Below, one piece after another: positions 1 through 13,029 of a stretch of 64,000 nucleotides of DNA. The notes beneath the pieces are model-generated. The model made no database searches. It was not told the DNA's origin and was given only the letters and a program-made list of their open reading frames with translations. The position numbers and the translations under genes were made by a program. Positions within the stretch are counted from its first letter, which is position 1. Each line of letters starts with the position of its first letter. This DNA is from Selaginella moellendorffii (taxonomy: Eukaryota > Plantae > Lycopodiophyta), in assembly GCF_000143415.4 (NCBI RefSeq), contig NW_003314321.1, positions 754,236 to 818,235 on the forward strand, in the 5' to 3' direction.

Positions 1-115
1 GCTTTGGTATGGTTATGTACATAATAGTATGGGTGTGATGCTTGGCAGTTGGTGTCTTGGATGAACAACTTGTCTTCTTTGCTGATGTGGAGACTTGTCA
101 TCACTTGTTTCCACA
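1..115 (-). repeat. Copia 3' LTR (partial)
   Basis: Aligns with 12509-12623 and is followed by the polypurine tract complement. Confidence 0.85.
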
Positions 116-119
116 CTCC

Positions 120-3100
120 TCCTCAAGGCTCACACTGTCAGTGAAACAGAGTGAATTGAGGAAGAGTTCATGCTTCACTCGAGGCAAAGACTTCGTTAGG
201 ATATTAGTGACCATTGAGCTGGTCGGACAGAATTCCAGGTTGATTTTTCCATTGTTGACTTGATCCTAGATGAAATGGAACCTCAACTCAATGTGCTTGG
301 TGTGTGAGTGAAATCTCTCATCCCATTGCCAACATATTGTCATAGTAGAATTTGACTGCTGGAATTTGAATCCGAGGTCCTGTAGCAACGTCTTAAGCTA
401 GATGGCCTCTTTTGCTGCTGCTGCAGCTGCGATGTATTTAGATTCACATGAGGACATTGCAGTGATCTGCTGCCTCCTGGAACACCAACTAACCATGTTA
501 TGGTTATACATGAAGACATACCTTGAAGTGGATCTTCTGTCATCTGGATCTCCTGCCCAGTCTACATCTGTGAATCCCACCAGGCCGTTGTCTCCATCTC
601 CTCTTGCATATTTCAGTGTGAATTTCCTTGTGCCACTCATATACCTCATGATTCGCTTCACAGTGGCCCAATGTGAGGGTGATGGATTGTCCAGGAACTT
701 TGAGACTACTCCCACACTGAATGTGAGGTCAGGCCTAGTTGAGACCATCAAGTAGATGAGGCTCCCGACCACTGAATGGTACAGTGTTGTGGTCTTCTCC
801 TCGGGAGTGTCATCAGAGGTTGATGTCAAACTAAAAGCCTTGGACAACTTTGAGCTTGCTTCCATAGGAGTAACCACCGGATTAGCGTTAAGCATAGAGT
901 ACCTTTGGAGAATGTCATGGATGTATTTCTCCTGGGAGAGCTCAAGTACTCCACGTTGCCTATCCCGGAAGACTTGAATTCCCAGACAGTAGTGCAAGTT
1001 TCCTAGATCAGTCATCTCAAATTTAGCAGTGAGAGAGGCCTTGATGTGGATGAGTTATATATGGTTGGAGGCTAATATTGTATCGTCCACATATAAGGCT
1101 AAGAATAGAAACCCTTGGCCATCTTGATATATGTAGAGATTATTATCAGTTGTGCTGCGAGTAAAGCCCTATGAGGTCAGAAAGCTGTTAATTTTAGTGT
1201 ACCATGAGGGGCTTTGTTTCAGCCTGTAGAGAGCCTTGCAAGCGGCAGACAAGATGCTCCTGTCTGGGATGTATAAACCCAGGAGGCTGGGCAATGTACA
1301 CCTCCTCCTCAAGATCGCCGTTCAGGAAAGCAGTTCTCACATCAAGTTAATGGAGATCCTGGTCGAGCTCAGCTACAAGGCTCATCAAAACATGAATTGT
1401 TGTTAGCTTTACAACAGGGCTATAAGTTTCAGAGTAATCAACTCCCTGGATCTGAGAGAAACCACAAGCTACAAAGCATGCCTTGTAGCGCTCAATGCTG
1501 CCATCAGCTCAATATTTCTTCTTGAACAGCCACTTGGCTGTGACTGCCTTCCTGCTGGGAGGGAGGGGAACCAATGTCCAGGTTCCATTCTTGATCAGTG
1601 AGTCATACTCGTCTTGCATGGCCGCTTGCCACTGTGAGGCATCAGGATTGGAGAGAGCAGCCCAGTAGCCATGAGGTTCAGCAATGGAGCTCATGGCCCA
1701 GTAGAATCCCTTCTTGTGTGGAGCTTGAGCAAGAGATTCTAGAGCTTTGACTGTTGGCTTGCTCACTCATCCTGAATGGGTAATAGCTCCAATCTCTTGA
1801 CGAGGTGGTGGTGTCATGAGAGAATCTAGAGGAGGTGAGCGGGAAGATCCTCCAACTATTTCTTCACCAACAAACAGCTCGTCCACAGTGGCAGCAAGAT
1901 TTTGCTCACTAGATGAAGTAGTATTGCTGCAAAGTGACCAGAGGAACTGGTAGCAACGGAGTTGCTGGAGAAGGCTCATCACCATGTGGAGGAGGTGTTC
2001 CTCCTTCTGGAATGAGCAGCCTCTGAACTGCTAGTGTGGTGGGTGGGTGAGCTCATCTTATAGCACTGGGGTCAAGTCCACCAAGTTAGAACTTGAAGGG
2101 ATAGTACCTTGAATGTGGCGATAAAGCTCTTGCTCATTGAAAGAGACATTTCGGCTGACCATGAGCTTCTTGAGAGCAAGATTGTAGAGGTGGTAGGCCT
2201 TGGAATGAGCATGATAGCCCATGAAGATGGTTTTCTGGCTCCTAGGATCCAGCTTCTGCCAAGTCACATCTGGAATGCGAGCATATGCTGTGCAGTCGAA
2301 GACCCTCAAGTGCCTTAATTGAGGACGCTTCCCAGTCCAAGCTTGATAAGAAACCACACCAGTGCTCCTTGTGGGAAGGCAGTTACAAATGTAAACATCC
2401 GTGTTAATGGCTTCACCCCAAAAAGAGTTGGGTATGCCTACGTGCTGGAGAAGGCCACAAACAGTCTCTAGTAGAGTGCGATTAAGGTGCTCTGCCATGC
2501 CATTTTGTTGGGGAGTATGGGCTGTCGTGTACTGGTGAATGATGCCAACCTCAGCTAGAAAGTTGAGAAACTTTCTGTTCAGGCACTCTCCACCACCATC
2601 CGTGCGTAACACACAAATCTTTTGGCCAGTAGATGTCTCTACCCAGCTCTTAAAAAACTTAAAGTGGTTGAACACTTCGCTCTTGGCATGGAGAAGGCTC
2701 ACCACAATATATCTGGAATGGTCATCGATAAAAGACACAAAGTCCCTCTTGCGGCTGAGTGTTTACACGGGCAAGTAGCACACGTCACTATGAACTAGAT
2801 CTAGTAAACCTGTAGCTTAGTCCTCCATGGTTTTTGATGGAAAAGGAAGGCAAACTTACTTCCCAAGATGGCAAGTTTCACACATGCCCAGATGGCCAGC
2901 TGAGAGCGTGATGCCTTTAGCATGCTGGTTACGAGTCAAGGCGTGCAGATCTCGTTCCTTGACATGCCCCAGACAAGCATGCCAGAGCTCAATGGTGTCT
3001 TGTGCTTGGAAAGCAAGCACTTGAGCTGGAAAAACCAATTCTGCGTTTAAATGGTAGAGTGTTCCATACCTCACGCCACTGGCTACAGGACTACCATCAC

Positions 3101-4289
3101 GACCATAGATGGTGCACCCTTTTGGGAAGAAGGTGGTAATAAAGCCTTGATTTGAGGCTGCACCTATAGAAAGAATTGTCTGCCCTACTTCAGGTACAAA
3201 GTGCATGTGATGAACTTCCTTGAGAAGTCTATTGGGTAGCTTGATCACCACCATGCCATGACCTTCCACCTGGAGTGGTCACTTGTTGCCAACATAAACT
3301 TATTGTGGAGTTTGAAGAGCCTTGTAAGTGTGAAAGGCAGACCTTAAGGGAGTCATGTGAAAGGAGGCACCACTATCCAACCATAAAACCTCAAGAGTAG
3401 ACACCGGTGACGGGTAAAGAGCCATCATCAATAACGAGTTGCTCTGGGTAAGCATGCACTGGGTTGCAGCCTTCTTTGCACGACACTCACACTCGACATG
3501 CCCCATCTTTCCACAATAGTTGCGAGGACCTTTTTTCTTCTTGGAGAAGTTAGATCTAGAGCTGGGAGTTGTAATAGAAGAGATACGAGGCCCATGGCTA
3601 GTGCCTCCTTTCTTCTGCTCCCTACTCGATTGTTTCTTACCAAGAAACAAGGCTTACTCGCAAGCAACCTGAGGGGATCCTTGATGGCCAGCTTGACACT
3701 CAGCAATCTTGCGCTCTTCCTCAAGCAGATCAGAGTAGAGCTCCTTCATGGTTTTGCCTGGCACAAAAGAGAGCATGGTGGATGATTGTTGCAACTCTAG
3801 GGATACAGAGTAGAGCAAAAAGGCTTTTGCATAGTCATTGGAAACTGTAGCACCTACTTCCTTCAACTGCTGCATTAAGCCCTTGAGCTTCCCAATGTAT
3901 GTTGCCATTGTCTCACTAGGTTGCATGTGTAGGGAGAAAAATTTCTGGGTCAAAACCAATTTAGCATTAGTAGCTTTGGCTATAAAGACTTGGGAAAGGG
4001 AGTCCTAATTGGCCTTGGCGGATTTTTCTAGATCAAGGAGATGAATAAATTCATCTCCAAGACCCAGTCCAATCACAAAAAGGGCTTTGTAGTTCTTGGA
4101 GTCCCAAGTAGCTTGCAAGGCTGCTTCTGTATCTTGAGGTCTCACTTCACTTCCCTCCACCACATTCTAACAATCTTTTGCCATTAAAATTAATTGGACT
4201 TTGGTCTTCCAAGTCGTGAAGTTCTAACCTGTGAACCTCTAGAGTAACTTCTCCCATCCTGCATCTTAATTGTTAGCCAGGATGGCCAT
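120..4289 (-). pseudogene. Copia gag-pol, broken by stops and frameshifts
   Basis: Gag start MAILANN*...NFTTWKTKVQLILMAKDC*; zinc-knuckle remnant NYCGKMGHVECEC; protease WLDSGASFHMT; GAG-pre-integrase LWHACLGH...CETCHLGK; integrase FIDDHSRY, LRTDGGGE, PQQNGMAE; RT LYVDD; RNase H FTDVDWAGD. Confidence 0.92.
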
Positions 4290-4367
4290 GGTGGTTGCTA
4301 GGGTGTGTAAGTAACTAAAGAGAATGACTCAAGAGACGATCTATAGGGTTCAAATATAGAGGGAAAA

Positions 4368-4379
4368 GGGCTCATAAAC
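4368..4379 (-). promoter_or_regulatory. Probable copia PBS (half-tRNAiMet type, GTTTATGAGCCC)
   Basis: gggctcataaac reverse-complements to GTTTATGAGCCC, close to the GGTTATGGGCCC PBS of half-tRNA-primed copia elements. It lies about 80 bp upstream of the gag ATG. Confidence 0.5.
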
Positions 4380-4469
4380 AAGAGTGCACCCCTTTTTCCA
4401 ATCGATTAAGGGTCTTTGAATATTTGGGGTTAAGTGTCTTTGGGTTTGAATAGTACTAGGCTGGGTGAC

Positions 4470-6217
4470 TGTAAGCGACTAAATTTTCCATTCTACTTTA
4501 GTCACTTAACCACACCTCTGACCACTTGGAGGAGTCTCATTCACCACCTCCATAAGTCCAATCCAGGACTTGGGACTTGCTAGCCCCGAGAATGGCATCC
4601 ATGCCACTTAACATTTGCACTTGGTCCAAGTGCTCCACGTGTCCGATCCCATGACCAACACTCAAAGGTACCACCGACATAGCAGCCCGTCACGCTAAGG
4701 CCATGCCCAATCACCTTTGCCACACTGGTAGTCCAATACCACTTGCATCACCGTCTTGGCTCTCCAAGACTAGGCAAACCATCCGTGAGTGGTCATCTCA
4801 GATCCACTCCTTAGCATCCTTAGGATGCCCACCGACAAGGGGAATAACCTTCCCCAATATCCCTCTGTCAGTTCCCACTAAGTCCCTTTCTGCCCCTGGC
4901 CGTGTTTGCCAACACTGCCACTGGATCGAGACCCACAGGCCCGACCACTAAGTCCCACGGTCCTCTGGGACTTCCTCACCACACGACTGTGTCCTTGGTC
5001 ACTGCCCCAGAGGACTGTTCCTCTTCCTTTCCACAGTCTGGGCCTTCGGGACAACATTTCGGAACACCGTGGCCTTACGCAAGCCACCTGGGTACTCTCC
5101 TCGCCTTTCGCCTTTAGGTGCTCTAGCCATGGGCTTAGAGCGGGTTCCGTTGAGCCACACCAGGTATCCAAGTAGGTAGTGCCACCCACACTTGGACTGG
5201 GAGCATCGGCCAGTCGATCTCCCGGGGGAACTAGAGCCGGCTCTTGAACACTTCACCAAGCTACCCCGCTTGTCGGTCTGTGTTCACTCTAGTCTTGGAC
5301 TTCCCAGTGGGCAGCTCATCACCCAACACTGGGTCCGGCCTTCCTGCGCCAAACTGGCCTTTCCTGGCCAAACTGGCTCCACTACGGTCCTCCCCCTACT
5401 ATACTTTTGGAGCTCACCAAACCCCCCAGGGTCTGGGAGACGAACGCTTTGGGCTTTCACCCTCTCAGGCTCCGGACTCGGACTCGGACTCGGACTCGGA
5501 CTCGGACTCGGACTCGGACTCGGGCTCGGGCTCGGGCTCGGTCTCGGCCTCGGCCTCGGTCTCGGTCTCGGTCCCGATCTCGGTCTCGGTCTCGGTCTCG
5601 GTCCCGGTCTCGGTCTCGACTTCGGACTCCATCTCGGACTCCATCTCGGACTCCATCTCGGACTCCATCTCGGGTCCATCTCAGGTCCATCTCGGACTCC
5701 ATCTCGGGTCCATCTCGGACTCCATCTCGGACTCCATCTCGGACTCCAACTCGGGTCGATCTCGGGTCCACCTCGGACTCCACTTCGGACTCCTTCTCGG
5801 ACTCCAACTCGGGTCGATCTCGGGTCCACCTCGGACTCCACTTCGGACTCCTTCTCGGACTCCATCTCGGGTCCATCTCGGACTCCACTTCGGACTCCAA
5901 CTCGGGTCCATCTCGGACTCCACTTCGGACTCCAACTCAGGTCCATCTCGGACTCCACTTCAGACTCCAACTCGGGTCCATCTCGGACTCCCACGTGTCA
6001 TGTGTTGGCCCTTTTGGGTCCCTTTTTGGAGCCTCGCCTTTTGCTCGCTTCGTGCTCGTTCCTCGAGCACTTCGTTGGGAGTTCCACTCCCGCTCTTGAC
6101 TTCTCAAGTCGGAGCTTTTGGTCCAAACGTGTTACGCTCGTTTGGCTCTCGCTTCGGCCACTACCATGTGGCGCCCTTCCAGCTCCACTTTGGGGCCTAG
6201 GGATTTTGTGTCTCACA
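4470..6217 (-). repeat. 3' LTR of the LARD-like element (1748 bp)
   Basis: Near-identical to 10363-12128; the ORF-track translations from both copies match except for repeat length. Confidence 0.95.
5474..5991. repeat. Hierarchical micro/minisatellite within the LTR: (GGACTC)n, (GGTCTC)n and 12-mer CTCGGACTCCAT variants
   Basis: Directly visible; the second copy is at about 11367-11902. Confidence 0.95.
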
Positions 6218-6327
6218 ACTCCACCACCCATAGACGAAGTTCGATGTCCTCATCGAACGGTAAACCATTTTGTAAAGTAACACTCGCGTGTGTTACCATT
6301 TCCATCCTTGGCACCTAGCCAATATTT

Positions 6328-6452
6328 GTCAATGGTTTGACATTGAAGGCTCACCATGCCTTCTCCATATTCGTCAATGGTTTGACATTGAAGGCTCACC
6401 ATGCCTTTTGCATAGGCCTCCATGGTTTGACACCAAAGGCTCACCATGCCTT
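6328..6452. repeat. Three ~45-bp tandem repeats near the PPT
   Basis: Unit gtcaatggtttgacattgaaggctcaccatgccttctccatattc occurs about three times. Confidence 0.85.
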
Positions 6453-9400
6453 GCCTATCCTCTAAGGAGGGTAGTCTTTCCAACTTAGAGATTGATTGGA
6501 CCACATGTAGTGGTTCTCTCCTTTTATTGGTTTAGTCCTCGCTAAACCTCTTAGAGACCCTTCTCTAAGTCAATCTCACTACTCCTTCTCGAGTAGTCTC
6601 GATTTCCATCGATATAACCTTTGCACTTTGGAACTTTGAATTTTGACTTTTTGGAGTCAATTTCCTAGGTGTCTCCGACACCTTGCCTTGCACCTTTTTG
6701 TGCAACTCCACTTCCCATCCTAGGAAGTTCTCTACTCGAGGGCACCATCATCCTCTCTTCTATTTCGTGCCAAAGTTCCAGTTATCATACTTTGTGCTAG
6801 GGCTGTTCATGGCCCTATCATTTGGCTACCTTACCGCTCCCTCCCTTGGAGCTTCCACTTTCGCCAAATCGGAGCATTTTGGATTCCCTCCTTGGAAACA
6901 CACTTCCTTTCCCGCAACTTGTTAGCGTCCAACACATCAGTATTCCTCGCCTAACTTTTTCACTTGGATTCCTTCCAAGGGATTCCACGGCCCTATCTTG
7001 GCCACTCATCTTTTGCTCCTATCCGTTGATTGTTGCACCAAGCAACATCGAATCTCTACCTCCCTTCTTGAGGTATTGTTTCGGTTCCATAGCAAAGACT
7101 CTTCTTCGCCAAGTCCGGAGGATGTTCACCCCTAGTACGTCTCTTTAGCATCTTCTGCTATGGGCTCTATCCACGGCCCAACTTCGTGACCCTCCCATGG
7201 GTCTTTTATAGAGACTACTTTCCTCGGACTCACTATGCCATCGCACGGACATAGTTTATTTCCCTTAGGTGCTCTTCCCACTTGGTCATCACGACCAAGC
7301 CACACCACCTTAAACAGTTCAATTTCAACATTTTGAACCAGGAACTTCATTCCTTAGCCAACCAAGGACCTTGTCCTTATCTGGCCATAAGATCACCTAG
7401 TGATCTCACCTTGGCACCTTAACAGAGTTGCCAAGAGGTACTTGGTCTTCTAGACCTCCAAGTTGTTGACTATAACCCCGGGGGCATCCCCCACACTTGG
7501 CGGTGCACCCAAGCCAGCCCTTACGGCCAAGGGTTCATAGCAACTGAGATTAGGTGTCCCCATCTCACTCACCACGACCTTGGTGCCACTTGCACCAAAG
7601 CGTTCAAGTTAGATATGCTAAGCTTTCACACTAAGCAATCTAACCGTGCATCACGACTCCGAGGCATCCCTCGCTTGGCGGTGTGCCCAAACCAGTCTCC
7701 CCACTGAGAGTCCATGACCACCGAAATATGAGTGTCCTCATATTCCAAACCATCACCACGCCCTAGTGATTTGGGACTCGAACCCAAGCACTAGAGGGTC
7801 GGGACTCGAACCCAACCTCCGTATATGCATCTACGGACGGCATCACACAAGATGCCTGGCGTGACTCCCCACGCCGGTGCACCAACTTATTTTTAAAGCG
7901 CGCTACAGATCACAGCTTAGGAACCTAGTTCCTCCACACTGCCAAGTCCTCTCACTTGACATGTCTGTGATCATGCATGGACTCCTCCATGCTCGGCCCC
8001 ATGGCCCACCCTTTTTGAAGTTATCACCTTCAACTAGGGTATTTGTTCCCCCGACATGCCAATCTCACTTGGCAAGTCCTCCGACCACTGTAACATGGTT
8101 CCTGCATAAGCGTGAAAGTCCTTGACCATGGACTTTCGTTCAAAGCCCTCTCTTTGAACACTTGGGAACTACTTCCCTAACCTTGATAGCCTTGCCTCAT
8201 GGCAAGCTTCAAGACCACGCTTCTGCTGCGCCACTCTGATTTCGCGCGTTCCATGAACCATTTACACTTGGCCTTTCTAGGTACTAAGCTACCTAGAATT
8301 GTCTTTGGGAACCTTGAAGGAACTCTGTCCCTCGGCTTGCTAAGGCCTCCCTTTTTGCAAGCCTTCCAAATGCCACATAGTCTAACATGGACAATTCCAT
8401 ATTTTAGACTCTCCATGGCATCACGGTTGCTAGCGGCAACACCCTCGAGCCCCCACTTGATTCTCCACTCCCAGCTGGCATAACCAACCTTGGTTATGCC
8501 CTTTGATTCCTACGGTTCGGTTCTATTCCCTTACTTCTTGCTTTTTGGCTTCACACCTTTCCTTTGGTCATTCTCCTCCAGACCAGGAGGATAGCTTTGC
8601 ACTTTCTATCATGCCTTAGCAAGTATTCTTAGGGATGAACCTACCCAATAGCCTAGGGAGTGGTTCCTCAATCCGGGTATGCTCACCTTATAATCCCACA
8701 CACTGGGATTACATTGTTGCTTATGGGCCTCTACATGCCCATCACTAGCCTTGCCAAAATTCCATTTTTGGCTTTGTCCAACTCGGGTAGACAGTCCTCT
8801 CCTGTCTCCGCAACCTTGGACATTTGGATAGCACCTTCTATCCATCATTCGCTAGGGACTTAGTCCCTTGGGCTTTATCCATTGCCCTCGCGACATCAAA
8901 CACCACCTTCTGGTGTTCTAGAGTGTTCGGGTGTCCCAATGATGGCTTTCTTGACAATGAGTATTTCCTTTTATGACATTGACTTACTATATCGCAACAC
9001 AAGCAACTTATCCCCCATAAGGGTATATCCAACTTCCCTATGTTATTAAGAAGTCTTGGGTAGCTACCTTCTACCCGTTTAACCAGTTATTCTGCACCTC
9101 TTGCTTAGTTGCCTCATAGTTGTCAAGTCCTACAACTCATTGTTTGGTGCTTCCACACCTCCATCATTATCTGGGTCACCACACTCCAACTGCATGCTCT
9201 GCAGCTTAGGCTATGCCATTCCCATTTCCATTGGGATTCCTTTGGCAAGGGGTTCTCATGAACCCACGAACATAGCCTCAAGGTATCACACCTTGGCACA
9301 TTTGGTGTCTCCACACCATCGGCTCCTCAAGCCTACCTCTATGACACTTCCCCTTTGTGTCTAAGTCTTTGCCAAGACCAACACCGCTCTTTCTCATGCC

Positions 9401-10362
9401 AACCATCCATTAGCACTGCACCATAGAGGTCACACACAACTTTGTGTCAAAGTTGTTTTCTTCTGGGAACACCTTTCCCATAACTTTAGCATGGCACATT
9501 TTGCCATTGATGAGATACCCTCTGTTCTCATCCTTGGATCCTATGATCCCCCCCCCATCCTTTGTGGGGTACAACACACCATAGTCCAAATGCTTCCATC
9601 AGTCCTTTTAGGACCATCCGTTGACTCTACTTGAGTCATCCAGCAGTTTTGGACTTGGTTAATCCACAGACCCGTAAGGTCCTACTTGTGAGGCACTAGC
9701 CCACTGGAATACACTTTTTGCATTCCTGTCCTACTCAAAAGGACTATTTTCACAAGTGTTACTCCGACACTTGATTTTGTTCTCTGGAGGCAACTTTTGC
9801 CCCTTAGGACTACTTGTCCATGTGATGAGAATACCAACTCATCCACTTAATACACCCCCAACTCCTTGGGTTGTTCCAGCATTTATTAGAGGTAGCCCCG
9901 GCTACCATTTCGAGGACTCGTGTCCTCATCCATACTTGACCTCTCACGGTCATCCATTCCGGTCTCACCTTCATGAGCACCAGCCTCAACCATGTGAGGA
10001 TAAACTTGTGACTCCTTTATTGTTTTGGAGTCTCTATCTTTCCCGTGATCCCAACTTTAGTTGTTTACCACAACAACCTTAGCCAATTTGCTGAGACAAA
10101 TGCTCATCTGGATCACATCCTCAACTCAATGAGGAAAACCTTGCATTGTTCCCAAGATCCCAAAGTCGTTCCATTATTGGCCCTTTTCTATCCACCACCT
10201 CGTCTACAAGTTCACACATGAACTGTAATGGGGAGCCATGTCTTCCCGACTTGCTACTCCTCAAGGATAGGCCCACTCCTCGGACCTTCCGATGCCAACA
10301 CTAGTGGTGATATACTTGAGCACCAATAAAAGTCGGACTAAGGAACAGCTCCGATACCAAAT

Positions 10363-12128
10363 TGTAAGCGACTAAATTTTCCATTCTACTTTAGTCACTT
10401 AACCACACCTCTGACCACTTGGAGGAGTCTCATTCACCACCTCCATAAGTCCAATCCAGGACTTGGGACTTGCTAGCCCCGAGAATGGCATCCATGCCAC
10501 TTAACATTTGCACTTGGTCCAAGTGCTCCACGTGTCCGATCCCATGACCAACACTCAAAGGTACCACCGACATAGCAGCCCGTCACGCTAAGGCCATGCC
10601 CAATCACCTTTGCCACACTGGTAGTCCAATACCACTTGCATCACCGTCTTGGCTCTCCAAGACTAGGCAAACCATCCGTGAGTGGTCATCTCAGATCCAC
10701 TCCTTAGCATCCTTAGGATGCCCACCGACAAGGGGAATAACCTTCCCCAATATCCCTCTGTCAGTTCCCACTAAGTCCCTTTCTGCCCCTGGCCGTGTTT
10801 GCCAACACTGCCACTGGATCGAGACCCACAGGCCCGACCACTAAGTCCCACGGTCCTCTGGGACTTCCTCACCACACGACTGTGTCCTTGGTCACTGCCC
10901 CAGAGGACTGTTCCTCTTCCTTTCCACAGTCTGGGCCTTCGGGACAACATTTCGGAACACCGTGGCCTTACGCAAGCCACCTGGGTACTCTCCTCGCCTT
11001 TCGCCTTTAGGTGCTCTAGCCATGGGCTTAGAGCGGGTTCCGTTGAGCCACACCAGGTATCCAAGTAGGTAGTGCCACCCACACTTGGACTGGGAGCATC
11101 GGCCAGTCGATCTCCCGGGGGAACTAGAGCCGGCTCTTGAACACTTCACCAAGCTACCCCGCTTGTCGGTCTGTGTTCACTCTAGTCTTGGACTTCCCAG
11201 TGGGCAGCTCATCACCCAACACTGGGTCCGGCCTTCCTGCGCCAAACTGGCCTTTCCTGGCCAAACTGGCTCCACTACGGTCCTCCCCCTACTATACTTT
11301 TGGAGCTCACCAAACCCCCCAGGGTCTGGGAGACGAACGCTTTGGGCTTTCACCCTCTCAGGCTCCGGACTCGGACTCGGACTCGGACTCGGACTCGGAC
11401 TCGGACTCGGACTCGGACTCGGACTCGGACTCGGGCTCGGGCTCGGGCTCGGTCTCGGCCTCGGCCTCGGTCTCGGTCTCGGTCCCGATCTCGGTCTCGG
11501 TCTCGGTCTCGGTCCCGGTCTCGGTCTCGACTTCGGACTCCATCTCGGACTCCATCTCGGACTCCATCTCGGACTCCATCTCGGGTCCATCTCAGGTCCA
11601 TCTCGGACTCCATCTCGGGTCCATCTCGGACTCCATCTCGGACTCCATCTCGGACTCCAACTCGGGTCGATCTCGGGTCCACCTCGGACTCCACTTCGGA
11701 CTCCTTCTCGGACTCCAACTCGGGTCGATCTCGGGTCCACCTCGGACTCCACTTCGGACTCCTTCTCGGACTCCATCTCGGGTCCATCTCGGACTCCACT
11801 TCGGACTCCAACTCGGGTCCATCTCGGACTCCACTTCGGACTCCAACTCAGGTCCATCTCGGACTCCACTTCAGACTCCAACTCGGGTCCATCTCGGACT
11901 CCCACGTGTCATGTGTTGGCCCTTTTGGGTCCCTTTTTGGAGCCTCGCCTTTTGCTCGCTTCGTGCTCGTTCCTCGAGCACTTCGTTGGGAGTTCCACTC
12001 CCGCTCTTGACTTCTCAAGTCGGAGCTTTTGGTCCAAACGTGTTACGCTCGTTTGGCTCTCGCTTCGGCCACTACCATGTGGCGCCCTTCCAGCTCCACT
12101 TTGGGGCCTAGGGATTTTGTGTCTCACA
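10363..12128 (-). repeat. 5' LTR of the LARD-like element (1766 bp)
   Basis: Matches the 3' LTR but carries three extra GGACTC units. Confidence 0.95.
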
Positions 12129-12133
12129 GTGAC

Positions 12134-12623
12134 TTCCCGGGAAGTCAATTCAGGAGCTTATAAGGTGGTTTTAGATGTAGTGCAAGGTGGAGTACTGGTA
12201 GCCATTAATTTCTAGAAAAAAGGACAAAACAGTGGAGTAAGCTAGAAGTGAGGAGGGGGAGGACGCGATGGGAATTGCTGGAAGGGACGCCCACACGCTG
12301 TGCACACAAAGTGACAATTAGGGCAGAGGCATGGATGGACATCACACTGTGCTCGCTTGCGTTCTTGAATCCGTCACTCCACCTTAGCAAGGACTGTGAG
12401 AGCCCTAGCGCGGTTCTGCTTATCGCGTTGCTATGTTTGCCAGGATTGAAACAAACCCAATACCATATAGATGTGGTTTTGTGTGTAGAATGCTCTGTCA
12501 ACTTCATTGCTTTGGTATGGTTATGTACATAACGGTATGGGTGTGACGCTTGGCGGGTTGTGTCTTGGACAAATGACTTGTCTTCTTTGTTGACGTGGAG
12601 ACTTGTCATCACTTGTCTCCACA
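12134..12623 (-). repeat. Copia 5' LTR (distal part)
   Basis: 12509-12623 matches 1-115. The inner boundary is uncertain, probably about 4380 on the other side of the nested insertion. Confidence 0.65.
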
Positions 12624-13029
12624 CTCACCAATGTTTGTGTGGAGGATGTGGACCCAGAACCAGCTATCACCGCCTCGCACTTGCAACCTCGTCTGGCCAT
12701 GTCGGTATGACCAGTACTGCTCAGATTTTTCTTGGAGGAGCACGTTGGACACCACGGCGACCAGCTCCTTGTCTGGGTACTAGGCCAGCAGGGGCCACTT
12801 GTGCAGGTTTCCTGAGGCTGTTCAGGTTGGGCTTGTGAGGAAGAGCATGCACTCCTTGTGCAAACAATGGACCTTGGCCACCCTCATCTTCGTCTTGGTG
12901 CTCCTCGCCTCCCTCTCCCTCCTTGCCCCCTAGCTCTGCTCTTCATTGACCAACTTTTCTCTGCTAGGTGTCATTAAGCTTTATAGAACCGAGAGAATAA
13001 GGTGATGATATGCAGCTTTGCCAGTGTTG

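Larger units (their letters stand above)
4470..12128 (-). mobile_element. Young non-autonomous LTR retrotransposon (LARD-like) with ~1.75-kb LTRs
   Basis: TG...CA LTRs at 4470-6217 and 10363-12128. 5-bp TSD GTGAC at 4465-4469 and 12129-12133. PBS TGGTATCGGAGC (10348-10359, minus). PPT complement actccaccaccca after 6217. No ORF over ~110 aa in the 4.1-kb interior. Confidence 0.93.
1..12623 (-). mobile_element. Degenerate Ty1/copia LTR retrotransposon; 3' LTR truncated by the window edge, 5' end interrupted by a nested element at 4470-12128
   Basis: Minus-strand gag, protease, integrase, RT, RNase H order. Bases 1-115 align with 12509-12623 (about 13 mismatches), both ending in ccaca. PPT complement ctcctcctcaagg at 116-128. 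Confidence 0.9.

Noticed and set aside
5192-6280. Long ORFs in all frames (SR-like, SD-repeat adhesin-like, GL-repeat), also at 11085-12215
   Set aside because: They are by-products of a stop-free hexamer/12-mer array inside the LTR, with no domain content.
7771-7815. Two GGGTTCGAGTCCC (tRNA T-loop/B-box-like) motifs on the minus strand
   Set aside because: No cloverleaf or A-box context; most likely a short local duplication.
8838-9500. Possible gag zinc-knuckle or protease remnants in the LARD-like interior
   Set aside because: The similarity is too weak to support by eye and needs a profile search.
12624-12970. GC-rich minus-strand coding-like fragment (...YPDKELVAVVSNVLLQEKSEQYWSYRHG...) beside the copia LTR
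   Set aside because: It contains stops and I cannot assign a family; it may be the gene fragment the copia inserted into.
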